This document shows, piece after piece, positions 17,929-27,502 of a stretch of DNA of 64,000 bases (position 1 is the first letter of the stretch; each line of letters begins with the position of its first letter). The notes beneath the pieces are model-generated. The model was not told the origin of the DNA and did not search any database. It saw only the letters and a program-made list of their open reading frames with translations. The translations under genes were made by a program, and so were the position numbers. Origin of the DNA: a virus; the IMG/VR virus record IMGVR_UViG_3300030521_000002, positions 11,294 to 75,293 of that record. One strand, given 5' to 3'.

Positions 17929-18849
17929 CTAGCCTTTGGGTTTTCCATTTGGAATTGGTTTTCCGTCGATCAGCATTTTGATTAGCTCGAATGTTGGTGA
18001 TTCAATGTATTCCGGTATTACTGATGGTGTACTCGTACGGAATCCGGCAGCATAGTTGGGCGAATATAATGTTCTGAGCCTTCTTACTATTTTACCCGTT
18101 TCTCGGCTCGTCGTGAGAGTCCTCGTCTTACCGGCCTTACCGGGAATTGGCACTTCCTTGGTTTCCGTAAGCACTTCCTTTGCCAAGTATAACCGACAGA
18201 TGTAATCACAAGCGTCATGCAACCAACCTACCGTTTGGCCCCCTAAGTCCGAAGCGATGTAGGACTCCAATTGAAACCCCCGCAACATCTCGGGCTTTTC
18301 CTTATCCGGTGGGTTATGATCCCGTTCCTTAGCCGTAATGACTGTATGGCAATCCATATTGAGGAACGGGCGCAAAGCTTCTTTGGTTTGTTCCGAGCGT
18401 TGGCGGTATTGATCGCGGCTGACCATCCCCCAATTCAATTGCTCAGGTACTTCCGGTAAGTCAAGAATGTCTTGGAGGATAATGTCCTGGTAGCTCGTAG
18501 CAGAATCGAGTACTACAGTTTTGAAAGTAATCCCATTCCATTCCATTTCCCCGTCTTTAAGCTCCTGGGCTAGTCGAAGGGCTTTTTCCATCGTCTTAAT
18601 GCGCATTAAGGTAATGCCAGGAACTTTGGCAACAGTCTTAGCTCCCCCGGTCTTGTTGGGCTCAAAAGATACCAACAACAAAGGCTTCGGGAACTGACAT
18701 GCTAGCCAAGTTTTACCCGTCCTGTTCTGCCCATAAATAACCAGCTTGATAAACTCATCTTCCAGTTCCTCAATCGGAATGGCTTCATCGAGAACGCTGC
18801 CAGTGTTGGGTTTCTTGGCATGGGCAGTCTGCTTGATAACTTTAGGCAT
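17929..18849 (-). CDS. AAA_24 / Sak4-like ATPase
   Basis: IYGQNRTGKT, FKTVVLDSAT; start MPKVIK at 18849. Confidence 0.8.
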   Translation of the reverse strand: MPKVIKQTAHAKKPNTGSVLDEAIPIEELEDEFIKLVIYGQNRTGKTWLACQFPKPLLLVSFEPNKTGGAKTVAKVPGITLMRIKTMEKALRLAQELKDGEMEWNGITFKTVVLDSATSYQDIILQDILDLPEVPEQLNWGMVSRDQYRQRSEQTKEALRPFLNMDCHTVITAKERDHNPPDKEKPEMLRGFQLESYIASDLGGQTVGWLHDACDYICRLYLAKEVLTETKEVPIPGKAGKTRTLTTSRETGKIVRRLRTLYSPNYAAGFRTSTPSVIPEYIESPTFELIKMLIDGKPIPNGKPKG

Positions 18850-19984
18850 CTTGTAGCTCTGGGAAAAGATTGGTGACTCGTTGAAGGCCAAGTGTACTAC
18901 CGGTTTCTAAATGCTCGTCTAATTCTGTTGCACCGCCATCTAGTAAGGCAGAATAGCAACCAAAGGGCATGATGAAATGTTGGTGATTGTTTTCCATCCA
19001 AGGGTCTTGGAAGTTCTGTGAGGCTAGGTACTCATACCAATCACAGAGTTGTTCCAAGATCGGATTTAAGCACCTCTGCTTGAATTTAGCAACATCCCCA
19101 GCCGTGAGGTTTATTTTCCACCTCATAAAAAACCAGTTATCTCGCTTCTCTTTGATGGAGGCTTTGCATTCTTCTCTGATAATCCCATCCAAGCGACCAT
19201 AGAATTCTTCGTCTGTCTCCTCTGGCTTCTTAGCAGTGGCTTGGTGCTTACGGATAGTAAACTTACCACCGCTCAAGGGGCGACGAACAGCATTGAATCT
19301 AACCCCACAAATCGGAACACCATCGCTCTCCTTACTCAATGGCCCGTTCTCTCTAGTATACTCTTCCAACGCCACGGTATAGATGAGCGTTTGCAATTCA
19401 AAGTGTAGCTGACGTTGTATCTGCTGCTTATCAATATCGCCTTTTGACTTATTTTCCTGTAAAAATATCCCAACATTCTTACCCTTGCCAATCAGGTCTA
19501 CGCTGTCCCACTTACCTCTCAAATAGACAGTCCGCCCCGACGGTAATTTATAAGGAACTTTGAAGACCTTCTCTTGGAAGATTGGTGTTCGATCCTTAAC
19601 ATCCGGGTGCTTAGACCAAAAGTCCATGTAATGTGGGAACTGGGTACGACAGATGTTGTACCAATGGTTAATTTGATCTGCTGCTAATTTGTACTGATCG
19701 AACAACCCTTGGCAGTAAATCTTTAATCTACCTTGCCACTTGTTACTTGCCCTAGCCCCAACGGCAACTTCCTCAGCATGGCTCTCTTCACAAATATGCC
19801 ACATTTGCCCGTAAAAAATTCTGTGGTTCCAGCCATCGGCTTGCTTAAGGCCCTCAATAGTCTGTATTCTGAATCTTTCCCTGCAAACTAAAAATTTTGA
19901 GAGCAAGCTGAACGTAATGCCATCAACTTCTGGGCCTTGCCACACTGGTCTTTTAGCCGCATTTCTTATGACTGGTTTCGGCAT
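18842..19984 (-). CDS. PD-(D/E)xK exonuclease
   Basis: TFS.L..F..C, G...H, E..F, LRGKWD, QENKSK, Q...Y. Confidence 0.8.
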   Translation of the reverse strand: MPKPVIRNAAKRPVWQGPEVDGITFSLLSKFLVCRERFRIQTIEGLKQADGWNHRIFYGQMWHICEESHAEEVAVGARASNKWQGRLKIYCQGLFDQYKLAADQINHWYNICRTQFPHYMDFWSKHPDVKDRTPIFQEKVFKVPYKLPSGRTVYLRGKWDSVDLIGKGKNVGIFLQENKSKGDIDKQQIQRQLHFELQTLIYTVALEEYTRENGPLSKESDGVPICGVRFNAVRRPLSGGKFTIRKHQATAKKPEETDEEFYGRLDGIIREECKASIKEKRDNWFFMRWKINLTAGDVAKFKQRCLNPILEQLCDWYEYLASQNFQDPWMENNHQHFIMPFGCYSALLDGGATELDEHLETGSTLGLQRVTNLFPELQDA

Positions 19985-20699
19985 TTTGTCTCCTCCTTTT
20001 CCATGATTCTTTCCTTGCTTCCGCTATCTTCGCTTTACATCCAGGTGTATTTAGTGCCTTTTTGATGGCTGCCTTATGGGAGTCAGACAATCTTTTGTCT
20101 TCTCTTGCATCCCATTGCGCCTTGACTATCAGGGATATTTTCTTTTTAGTTTCTTCGCTACGCTTTCTGCCCTTATTTTTCATCGAGATACTTTTACACA
20201 CAGCCAAAGACCGTTTCTTACCGACGGAAGCTTTTGGACCCATCCTCAACGCTTCTAATTGCTTTTCGGTTAGATTGCCTTTTCTCTGTTTAGACCAAAG
20301 CAATTTGGTTTCTTCTGTGGGCCTATACCAAGCTCTCCCTTTCTTCGATTTAGCAATATGTTCCTCAGATAGTTTTACTCCTAAACAACTACCAGCGGTT
20401 GGGCATTTATTATAGCCAGTATCTTGTTCAGCGGCTCTTAGTTTATCCATCCAAACCTGTTCTCTTGGAACACACATTTTCTTTTGGCAAGTTTCCAAAA
20501 CAATAAATTCAAAGGCTTCTTCACCATACTTTAACCAAGCCCTCTGCAAGTGTTTATTGTGATGTAAATCCCTCCTTAACAGACATTTGTGTATGTACCA
20601 CCTCTTTTTGATAGAAACAGCAGCACTTCCTACATAGACTTTGAGCGAGATTTTATGCCGTATTGCATACACTCCTGTCTTGTAAATAGGTTTGGGCAT
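19953..20699 (-). mobile_element. Free-standing GIY-YIG homing endonuclease with NUMOD3-like repeats
   Basis: GVYAI...VYVGS...RW..H...H.N.HLQRAW.KYG...E...GYN; repeated SEE/SEET.K. Confidence 0.9.
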
Positions 20700-20710
20700 G
20701 TGCTTGTTCT

Positions 20711-20905
20711 TTATGCTTGGAGGGATTTCAGTAACATCGGTAGATTCTCAGCGTCTTCTAATACTTTCTGATCCATAATATCTGTTACAAGCCACAACCA
20801 ACGATCCCTATTAAAAGTTACCCTAACCTTGCGCTTGTACTTCGCTTCGGCTGTGGTTTGTGCTTCTTCCACCAGCTTTTCATATTGCCAACGTCTGCTA
20901 GCCAT
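20711..20905 (-). CDS. Hypothetical protein
   Basis: 64 aa, GAGG upstream. Confidence 0.55.
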   Translation of the reverse strand: MASRRWQYEKLVEEAQTTAEAKYKRKVRVTFNRDRWLWLVTDIMDQKVLEDAENLPMLLKSLQA

Positions 20906-20914
20906 TCCTAAACC

Positions 20915-21004
20915 TCACTTATTGAGTTTGTGGCTGATAACAAACAATAGCCCAATAACCATTCCCAGTGCTAAGATCACTATACTTCCCTGTTCATACG
21001 TCAT
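20915..21004 (-). CDS. 29-aa single-TM peptide
   Basis: Hand translation MTYEQGSIVILALGMVIGLLFVISHKLNK; ATGA overlap with the UDG stop. Confidence 0.5.
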   Translation of the reverse strand: MTYEQGSIVILALGMVIGLLFVISHKLNK

Positions 21005-21705
21005 AGTTCACCAAAGGCTTCGGCTAGGGTTATGATACAACGCTTTATGGCGAGAGATTGCTGGATTTGTTCGCTGCGAAGTATGGCTGCCGGGTGCAGA
21101 ATTGTGATGATCTTAGGATAGAGCTGCGAAACTTTAGCAACAGGATTGCCGCGTTGTACAGCTTTAGATTTAGGGCTTGCTTCCTTGCTAAGTCCAGTTC
21201 TTGCAGTTTGAGATTCTGGGCTTGGGTGATGAGACGCATATTTGGGTTCCTGAAGAATCTTGGGGAGCCATTTGTAGGCTAGCTCTCCGACACACACAAT
21301 CAACTTAGGTTTCGTCAAAGCTACCAATTCTACCACACGAGGAGCGCAAGCTTCTATCGAGGCTTTGGGAGGTTGTGCAGCCTTTTCTCCTTGCTGCATT
21401 GGCAGACATGCAATCAAATTGCTATATGCAAAGGTTGGTTCCCCCTCATTAGCAGCAACTGCTCGTTCGATAATCTTGTGCAGCAAGCGTCCGGCAGGCC
21501 CCACAAAAGGCTGTCCAATAACATCCTCACTTTGTCCAGGTGCTTCGCCCAACATAAGTACAGAAGCCGGGATAACACCCTTGAGCAGCACCACGTGATT
21601 ACGCCCCTTACACAAATCACACCGCTGACAATCTCGCCATTTTATTTTGTGCATGTCCCAAGGTGAGAACAATTTAGCAAGCTTATTGGAAATTGGTTTA
21701 GGCAT
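21001..21705 (-). CDS. udg: Uracil-DNA glycosylase, family 4
   Basis: CQRCDL, GEAPG..ED..G.PFVGPAG, HPAAILR; start MPKPIS at 21705 with AGGAG. Confidence 0.9.
   Translation of the reverse strand: MPKPISNKLAKLFSPWDMHKIKWRDCQRCDLCKGRNHVVLLKGVIPASVLMLGEAPGQSEDVIGQPFVGPAGRLLHKIIERAVAANEGEPTFAYSNLIACLPMQQGEKAAQPPKASIEACAPRVVELVALTKPKLIVCVGELAYKWLPKILQEPKYASHHPSPESQTARTGLSKEASPKSKAVQRGNPVAKVSQLYPKIITILHPAAILRSEQIQQSLAIKRCIITLAEAFGEL
21045..21239 (-). CDS. Candidate nested gene in the +1 frame of UDG
   Basis: MRLITQAQNLKLQELDLARKQALNLKLYNAAILLLKFR; AGGA 8 nt upstream; coincides with a UDG insert. Confidence 0.45.
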   Translation of the reverse strand: MRLITQAQNLKLQELDLARKQALNLKLYNAAILLLKFRSSILRSSQFCTRQPYFAANKSSNLSP

Positions 21706-21905
21706 TACGACTCCTGACAAGTTGCTACAAGTTCCGAGACCACTCGATGCGCATGGGACAAGATGATTATCTCATCAGCAAAGGCCCCCAAATCGTGCTT
21801 CATCATGCCGCCTCGGATTGTTCTTAGAACTTTCAAACACGTTTCCACTGCTTCATCCGGGGTATCTTCAAAGGCAAATTCATCAGTCTTTTCTAGGTCA
21901 ATCAT
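21705..21905 (-). CDS. Hypothetical protein
   Basis: 66 aa, operon context. Confidence 0.6.
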   Translation of the reverse strand: MIDLEKTDEFAFEDTPDEAVETCLKVLRTIRGGMMKHDLGAFADEIIILSHAHRVVSELVATCQES

Positions 21906-21916
21906 CTTGGGTTCCC

Positions 21917-22144
21917 TTATTGCTTAGTTGTTCGCCACAGGATTAAAGCACATCGCTTGAACATCCCATCGGCTAGAGAGTCGATTAACATTTCCGCCTG
22001 CTTATCCTCTAGCAAAGCTCGCATCAACGTACGATGTTTTTCAGTGGTAGATTCCAACCAATCTGTAGCAAGTTTAACCAGAGCATAAACTCGGTCAAAT
22101 GCTGCTAAATCTTGGTCAAACTTCGATAGGTCAGGTAAGTCCAT
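21917..22144 (-). CDS. Hypothetical protein
   Basis: 75 aa, TAATG coupling. Confidence 0.6.
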   Translation of the reverse strand: MDLPDLSKFDQDLAAFDRVYALVKLATDWLESTTEKHRTLMRALLEDKQAEMLIDSLADGMFKRCALILWRTTKQ

Positions 22145-22665
22145 TATCCTAATTTCCCTTCATGTAAACGCTGGCAATAAAGGGCAATCAACATTGCATC
22201 ACAGACCGCTCGTTGTTTACCGAGAGTCTCTTTCCAGATTTCCTCTCGGGGGAATAACTGTTGGGCTTTTGCTCGCAGTCGGTCCTTCCACTTGTTAGTA
22301 GCCTCACCTGCCTTGCGATTACTGATCCCCATTGCTTGTTGCCATTTGTAGGCTTGAACTGTCTCGAAGGGGATTTGAGCGGCAGTTAAAGCTGTTCTTA
22401 GGGCCATATAACTACCGTAGAGTTTAGACATAGGAGATTTTCCAATTCCTTTAATAGCTGGATGAATCCACTCAATAACTGCTGTAACATTAGAGTCTTT
22501 CAATCCACTTATAAGAAACCAAATCCCAAGCTCTGTCTCAGGCATTGAGGCCCGTAAATCAAACATTCCACTGGGATAAATTGCTGCAATACCCCCATTG
22601 GCGCCTGGATCAATGCCTAGATACAAGCGGTCTTTAGTGATTGGTTTTGGCAAAACGGTATCCAT
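22144..22665 (-). CDS. RuvC-like Holliday junction resolvase
   Basis: YLGIDPGANGGIA, AVIE, V...WQ, A.QLFP, DAMLIA. Confidence 0.85.
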   Translation of the reverse strand: MDTVLPKPITKDRLYLGIDPGANGGIAAIYPSGMFDLRASMPETELGIWFLISGLKDSNVTAVIEWIHPAIKGIGKSPMSKLYGSYMALRTALTAAQIPFETVQAYKWQQAMGISNRKAGEATNKWKDRLRAKAQQLFPREEIWKETLGKQRAVCDAMLIALYCQRLHEGKLG

Positions 22666-22848
22666 CCCTTTCTAGCAGGTTAATTCCTACCCATTCTTCC
22701 CCCATTAGGAACCACAATTCTCTTTCTGTCATCTAGCAGTAGAACCCTAGCCGCTGCTTTACAACCTACTTCACCCATTGAGGACTCGTTGATTTGCCGG
22801 CGGATAGGTCTGCCACAACATGAACAGGCTTGTATGTTGGAATTCATG

Positions 22849-23091
22849 TCAATTATTGTTTGGTTGTTCAAACTTTAATCTTCGCCAATCGTCGGCTATT
22901 TCTTCCAAAAGTTTTATCGTGTTTTCTCCATTAGCTTGATTTTTGGACAATCCTATAGCCATAACTTCGTGATGAAAAGCATCAAGAGCATCGTTAAAGG
23001 TTGCTGCAAAGTAAATCATAAGCGTAAAATCAAGCAGTTGCTCATGGGAAAGTTCTGCTATCTTACTCCGAAAATGCTCGCTACATGTCAT
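22849..23091 (-). CDS. Hypothetical protein
   Basis: 80 aa. Confidence 0.5.
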   Translation of the reverse strand: MTCSEHFRSKIAELSHEQLLDFTLMIYFAATFNDALDAFHHEVMAIGLSKNQANGENTIKLLEEIADDWRRLKFEQPNNN

Positions 23092-23093
23092 TG

Positions 23094-23312
23094 TCAGTTC
23101 CTTTTCCCCAAATTAGTAATTCCTACATGATCCCCAACAATACCTACTGAGACTCTAACACTAGCCCGCTTGGCAGCTTGTCTGACCTGTATGGCAAAGG
23201 AATGGGGCTCACAAAAGAAGTGTATATCCCTGCGAAATTCTTGGGTGTCTCCCTTCTTCCCTAACCAAGATTCCCAGGGATACTTGGCCCGTCTCCCGCG
23301 CTTAACCGGCAT
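23094..23312 (-). CDS. Small basic DNA-binding-like protein
   Basis: GRRAKYPW motif. Confidence 0.55.
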   Translation of the reverse strand: MPVKRGRRAKYPWESWLGKKGDTQEFRRDIHFFCEPHSFAIQVRQAAKRASVRVSVGIVGDHVGITNLGKRN

Positions 23313-23584
23313 TAGGGATACTCCTCAGTAAAAACAATGCCTAATGCTATCAGTAACATTCTTACGTCTTTTCTGGTTGCTGGATTTGGGGCGACATAGT
23401 CGAGTAGTCCTTCAATTCCATTTGTTGGAGGTCTTGGTGCCATTAAGTGCGGCTTATCATCGACTAACCGAATACAGAGCATATGCAATGACCCACCATC
23501 CGCACGACGGAGTCCAGCCAACCATTTAACAGTAACGATCTTCATTTCTTCCGGAATTTCCACATCTTGCTTTTTCTTAGGCAT
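23312..23584 (-). CDS. Hypothetical protein (start MPKKKQ)
   Basis: GAGG RBS and ATGCCTAA overlap with the upstream stop. Confidence 0.55.
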   Translation of the reverse strand: MPKKKQDVEIPEEMKIVTVKWLAGLRRADGGSLHMLCIRLVDDKPHLMAPRPPTNGIEGLLDYVAPNPATRKDVRMLLIALGIVFTEEYP

Positions 23585-23768
23585 TAGGAACCTCAACTTG
23601 GGTAATCGGACCCTCAACATCCTCAGCATAGTATTCTGACAACCCGAGACACATTGTTCCGAGTAGGTTCTGATACCAAATGTACTTGCCTTCGATCGCT
23701 TGAGGCCAAGTTGGGCCAATGATAGTGTGCTTGTAACATTTGCCGATTTCAATCTCTGTGGGTTTCAT
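23577..23768 (-). CDS. Hypothetical protein
   Basis: MKPTEIEIGKCY. Confidence 0.6.
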   Translation of the reverse strand: MKPTEIEIGKCYKHTIIGPTWPQAIEGKYIWYQNLLGTMCLGLSEYYAEDVEGPITQVEVPNA

Positions 23769-23966
23769 TTAATCCACCTTAATTGGAATTACACATTCAA
23801 CCAGTATCCACTCATAACTGGGAACTGAGTTACCAAGCCAGTTAGTTGGAGCAAACCAGTGGTTGCCTTTGTAGTTATACCCCACGGCTGCTAGGCTACT
23901 ACCACCATCTTTCCAGTGGATTCGGTACAACCCTAAAGGTAGTTCATTTGCTTGCGCTTGTGTCAT
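23769..23966 (-). CDS. Hypothetical protein
   Basis: LPLGLYRIHWKDGGSSLAAVG. Confidence 0.6.
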   Translation of the reverse strand: MTQAQANELPLGLYRIHWKDGGSSLAAVGYNYKGNHWFAPTNWLGNSVPSYEWILVECVIPIKVD

Positions 23967-24310
23967 TATTCAAATCCTGCTTTGGTTAAAGCTGCTCTGG
24001 ATTTGGTAATCCAATCAAGATACAGATCGTCTAAGTCATCTGCTTGAGCAATCCCCATACCTTCTGCTATGGTGACTTCACCTCTAGCAGCCTTGCCATA
24101 AATACTTGCATCATATTTAACCGCCGCTTGGCAAGCAGCAATAAGTTCTGGGATAGCGAGGCATATTTTGAGAATTGCGCGGAGATTTGGCAGTAAGAAA
24201 TGAAACGGTGGAATGATTGCCAATCCAGTTGCATCTCTGATACATGTCGTACTTCCATCACTCAAAACATCCTCCCGCCAAGGGAAGTGTAAATCGACTT
24301 TCGGTTGCAT
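23966..24310 (-). CDS. Hypothetical protein
   Basis: GGAGG RBS; first gene of the leftward unit. Confidence 0.65.
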   Translation of the reverse strand: MQPKVDLHFPWREDVLSDGSTTCIRDATGLAIIPPFHFLLPNLRAILKICLAIPELIAACQAAVKYDASIYGKAARGEVTIAEGMGIAQADDLDDLYLDWITKSRAALTKAGFE

Positions 24311-24722
24311 AGAATTTCCTCCATTTCCTTATAGCGTCAATATACCCGGTAAACGGCGGGAGCGGTTCACTTCCTGCGGAATAAGGCTAAACCGGACGAT
24401 CCCGAAAACATAGGGTCATCAGTAGTAACCTCTGGTGCGTTGACCCTGCCGGCGCAAGGGGGTCTCGAAAAACCCCGAGGAAAATAGGCTCGATACCGCC
24501 CTCAAATAATTATTCCCTTAGCCACTAGCTATTCCACTAGACTTATATTATATTAGACTACGGGAGAGTGTTGTTATAGTAGTAGTTATCTACTACTTTA
24601 CAGAGGGAAGTGTCAGACATACCCTTTCTAAATCTTCTTAAACCGGGCTTTACTCTTTCCGGTATTTCCTTATAGTGGTAATTCAATTAGGAATTAACCC
24701 TATCCTTAAGGAGAACCCTGCC

Positions 24723-24998
24723 ATGCGAACCCGCGATGAGATTGACTCAGATGTAGAAGATACGGAGGGACAAATTGAAGAACTACGGGAACAGATAGGA
24801 GAGAAGGATTCGGAGCTTCAATCACTAGGCCGGGAAATCTCCATTAAGGAGGATGAGCTTGACGAAGATAAAGATGAGCTATCAGACATGGAAGAAGAGT
24901 TGAGCGAACTAAACAAAGAATTGCAAGATTTGGAAAACGCCTTATCGGAACTTAACACTGAACAATCAATGGAGGAAGATGAAGACGCGGAAGTTTGA
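24723..24998 (+). CDS. Highly acidic coiled-coil early protein
   Basis: AAGGAG RBS; very D/E-rich heptads. Confidence 0.7.
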   Translation: MRTRDEIDSDVEDTEGQIEELREQIGEKDSELQSLGREISIKEDELDEDKDELSDMEEELSELNKELQDLENALSELNTEQSMEEDEDAEV

Positions 24999-25057
24999 AA
25001 CCCCTAACTAGGAGCTAGTCATGTTCAACAGCCCTTTAACTCGCACGGAGGCGCAAG

Positions 25058-25273
25058 ATGGTAAGAATTATTTCTGCTAGGGACTTGGGAGCAAGTCACT
25101 TCGATCTAGGGTGCGATTGCACCGCCGATGGGGTCGTTTATGAAAGCGACCTATCTATTTCGGCTAAGCCCCCCAAGCGTAGACTCTTGGAGGCTGAATT
25201 TGACATTCCGGTAACTACTGCCCAGCCGTTCTTGGGTGGTCAACCTTTAGTGACAAAGGAGAATTTGTGGTAA
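25058..25273 (+). CDS. Hypothetical protein (possibly frameshifted from ATG 25021)
   Basis: Strong AGGAGCTAG RBS points to 25021, whose frame stops after 19 aa. Confidence 0.4.
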   Translation: MVRIISARDLGASHFDLGCDCTADGVVYESDLSISAKPPKRRLLEAEFDIPVTTAQPFLGGQPLVTKENLW

Positions 25274-25566
25274 GGACTGCTTGGAAGCGAAACCTCAAGG
25301 AGTTCCAACTCTTAACCAAGTTGGATCGACCGGAATACTTTGGATACCGTCAACTTCAATTGCATAAGGAGCTAACCCAGAATGCCGAAACTATTAACGA
25401 AACCGACAACACCCAAGAAGGACAAGCAGCAGAAACCGTTGACCCCTACGTCCAAGAGTACGTCGCCCGAGAAGAGCGAAGAAAGAAACGGTTCAGCGGA
25501 GGCAAAGCCGGTCAAGAAATTAGCGAGTTCCAAGGAACCGAGAAAGATTCTGTACCCCGCAATTGA
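25267..25566 (+). CDS. Hypothetical protein overlapping the next gene by 185 nt
   Basis: AAAGGAG before GTG. Confidence 0.45.
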   Translation: MVRTAWKRNLKEFQLLTKLDRPEYFGYRQLQLHKELTQNAETINETDNTQEGQAAETVDPYVQEYVAREERRKKRFSGGKAGQEISEFQGTEKDSVPRN

Positions 25567-26677
25567 ACTTAAGATTTGTACCCCGAGTAGTCCACTCACG
25601 GTAGCCGATGCTAAAAAACTACTCGAATGGCGGGAAGAGACGGAGCATGTCAAATTCGACGGAAAGGAATATGGCAGTGCTTTCCATACGAGGGGCAACG
25701 AAGAGACACGTAGGCGGGTTTGGTGTGCCAACAACCAGACGAATCGACCGATCGTGTGGCCAATGGTGGAAATGCTTTGGCAAGAGATTCTCCGGGGGAA
25801 TTACCAACTCAACGGAGAAACCATCATCATTGGCAAGACAGGGTTTGTCCTTAGCGGGCAGAACCGTTTGATTGCCTTAGTTCTAGCTGCCGAGATGTGG
25901 GCGGCTAAACCGGGACAATACAAAGAGGTTTGGAAGACCGAACCCACGATTACCGGGCTCGTGGTTGTGGGTATCGACGAAACCGATAAGGTGGTTAACA
26001 CCATTGATACGGGCAAACCTCGCGATATGGCAGACGTTTTCTACCGTAGCGAGTTCTTCGCCAAGTTCCACCCCAAGCAGCGCAAACCCCTGGCTAAGTT
26101 GGCCAAGTTTGCCCTGAAGATGCTTTGGCATCGTACGGGGGCCGATAAAGCGAATGCTTTTGCACCCCGGCAAACCCATGCTGAGAGCATCGACTTCGTG
26201 AAACGTCACCCCAAGCTCTTGGAAGCGGTTAAGCACATCTATGAAGAAAATGGGACCGATGGCAAGATCAATCAGTTTCTTTCTCCGGGGTATGCCGCCG
26301 CTCTGATGTACCTCCAAGCCGCTTGCCTTACCGAACGGGAGCGAGAAACCAAGGATGGCTATGGTGAGGTCGATACCCCTTCCGAGAAACTCCTCGATAT
26401 GACCATGTGGGATAAATCCAGTGAATTCTGGGTAATGCTCGCCGGTCGTTCCAAGGAATTCGAGGCTGTGACCCAAGCCGTCGCCCAAGTTCGGGACTAT
26501 GACCACGGCCTAGGTGGCTCGATCGACGAACGTACCACGATCCTCATCAATACGTGGAACGTCTGGACAAGCAACAAGAAGGTGACGTTGGCAGGGATTA
26601 TGCCCAAGTACCATGACGGTGACGATGGCAAAACCCTGGTAGAAGTTCCTCACCTCGGTGGAATCGACGTGCGTTAG
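25382..26677 (+). CDS. ParB/DGQHR-like protein, paralog B
   Basis: NRP...LNGETIIIGKTG..LSGQNRL...TIDTGKPR..ADV. Confidence 0.65.
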   Translation: MPKLLTKPTTPKKDKQQKPLTPTSKSTSPEKSEERNGSAEAKPVKKLASSKEPRKILYPAIELKICTPSSPLTVADAKKLLEWREETEHVKFDGKEYGSAFHTRGNEETRRRVWCANNQTNRPIVWPMVEMLWQEILRGNYQLNGETIIIGKTGFVLSGQNRLIALVLAAEMWAAKPGQYKEVWKTEPTITGLVVVGIDETDKVVNTIDTGKPRDMADVFYRSEFFAKFHPKQRKPLAKLAKFALKMLWHRTGADKANAFAPRQTHAESIDFVKRHPKLLEAVKHIYEENGTDGKINQFLSPGYAAALMYLQAACLTERERETKDGYGEVDTPSEKLLDMTMWDKSSEFWVMLAGRSKEFEAVTQAVAQVRDYDHGLGGSIDERTTILINTWNVWTSNKKVTLAGIMPKYHDGDDGKTLVEVPHLGGIDVR

Positions 26678-26709
26678 GTGTTGTTTCAGTTCTTTCTTTT
26701 AAGGAGTTT

Positions 26710-27342
26710 GTGATGCAAGTGAAAAATACCCCAATTAAGTCGCTTGTTAAGGCTGGTTACAACCCGCCAAAGCGGAGTAAAGCTGGTGGGAGCCTTACGC
26801 AGTTGGAGAAATCCATTGAAAAGATCGGCTTGGTTTATCCAATAGCCGTTACCAAAGAAATGGAAGTTATTGATGGGCATCGAAGAATAGCTGCCTGTCA
26901 AAAGCTAGGTTGGGATACTATCCCCGTGATCGTCGTAAGCGTTGAATCCCGCGAACTGGCTTATGCCGAAGTAAACGCCAATAATCTCAAGTTGTCTGGT
27001 AACGATAACCTAACCGTGTATCTACAAAACCCCGACGCGGTTACTAAGAAAGCAGATCGGCGGTTTGAATCCGTCGAAGAGATAATTGGCAAAGTCTTAC
27101 TCAAGCAGATTTGCAGTCGTGGGTTTTCTTTATCCACCGTGGGTATCGCAAGGCGAGCTTGCATCTACGTTGGTAAAGGAACGGACGATAAGTCGTTCCT
27201 AAAGCGAACTATCGCTTGGCTGATTCGCTACCGCAACCAACACTTGATTCGTGGATACATGGTTTTTCAATCACCGCCGCAAGTTCTTTATCGGGCGATT
27301 ATGAAGAACAAGGACATTCGGGTTAAGTACACAACCCAGTGA
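26710..27342 (+). CDS. ParB/Srx N-terminal domain protein
   Basis: YNP...L..SI...G...PI.V....IDGHRRIAA...LG. Confidence 0.85.
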   Translation: MMQVKNTPIKSLVKAGYNPPKRSKAGGSLTQLEKSIEKIGLVYPIAVTKEMEVIDGHRRIAACQKLGWDTIPVIVVSVESRELAYAEVNANNLKLSGNDNLTVYLQNPDAVTKKADRRFESVEEIIGKVLLKQICSRGFSLSTVGIARRACIYVGKGTDDKSFLKRTIAWLIRYRNQHLIRGYMVFQSPPQVLYRAIMKNKDIRVKYTTQ

Positions 27343-27353
27343 TCGAAGTAACT

Positions 27354-27394
27354 AATACCCCGCAGGTTCTTTCGAGAGCTTGCGGGGTATTTTT
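27354..27394 (+). terminator. Intrinsic terminator
   Basis: AATACCCCGCAGGTTCT-TTCG-AGAGCTTGCGGGGTATTTTT. Confidence 0.85.
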
Positions 27395-27502
27395 ATGTAC
27401 CCACCCGAACGTAGGGTAGCTTATAAGGGCCGGATTGGGTATAATTGTTTACTGTGAGGCGCAAGCCGGAAGATCAATTACCCTAATGAGCAGGAAGTCA
27501 GT

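Noticed and set aside
24395-24450. Hammerhead ribozyme (CTGATGA on the minus strand)
   Set aside because: No GAAA after the putative stem II; only an AGGGTCA/TGACCCT hairpin.
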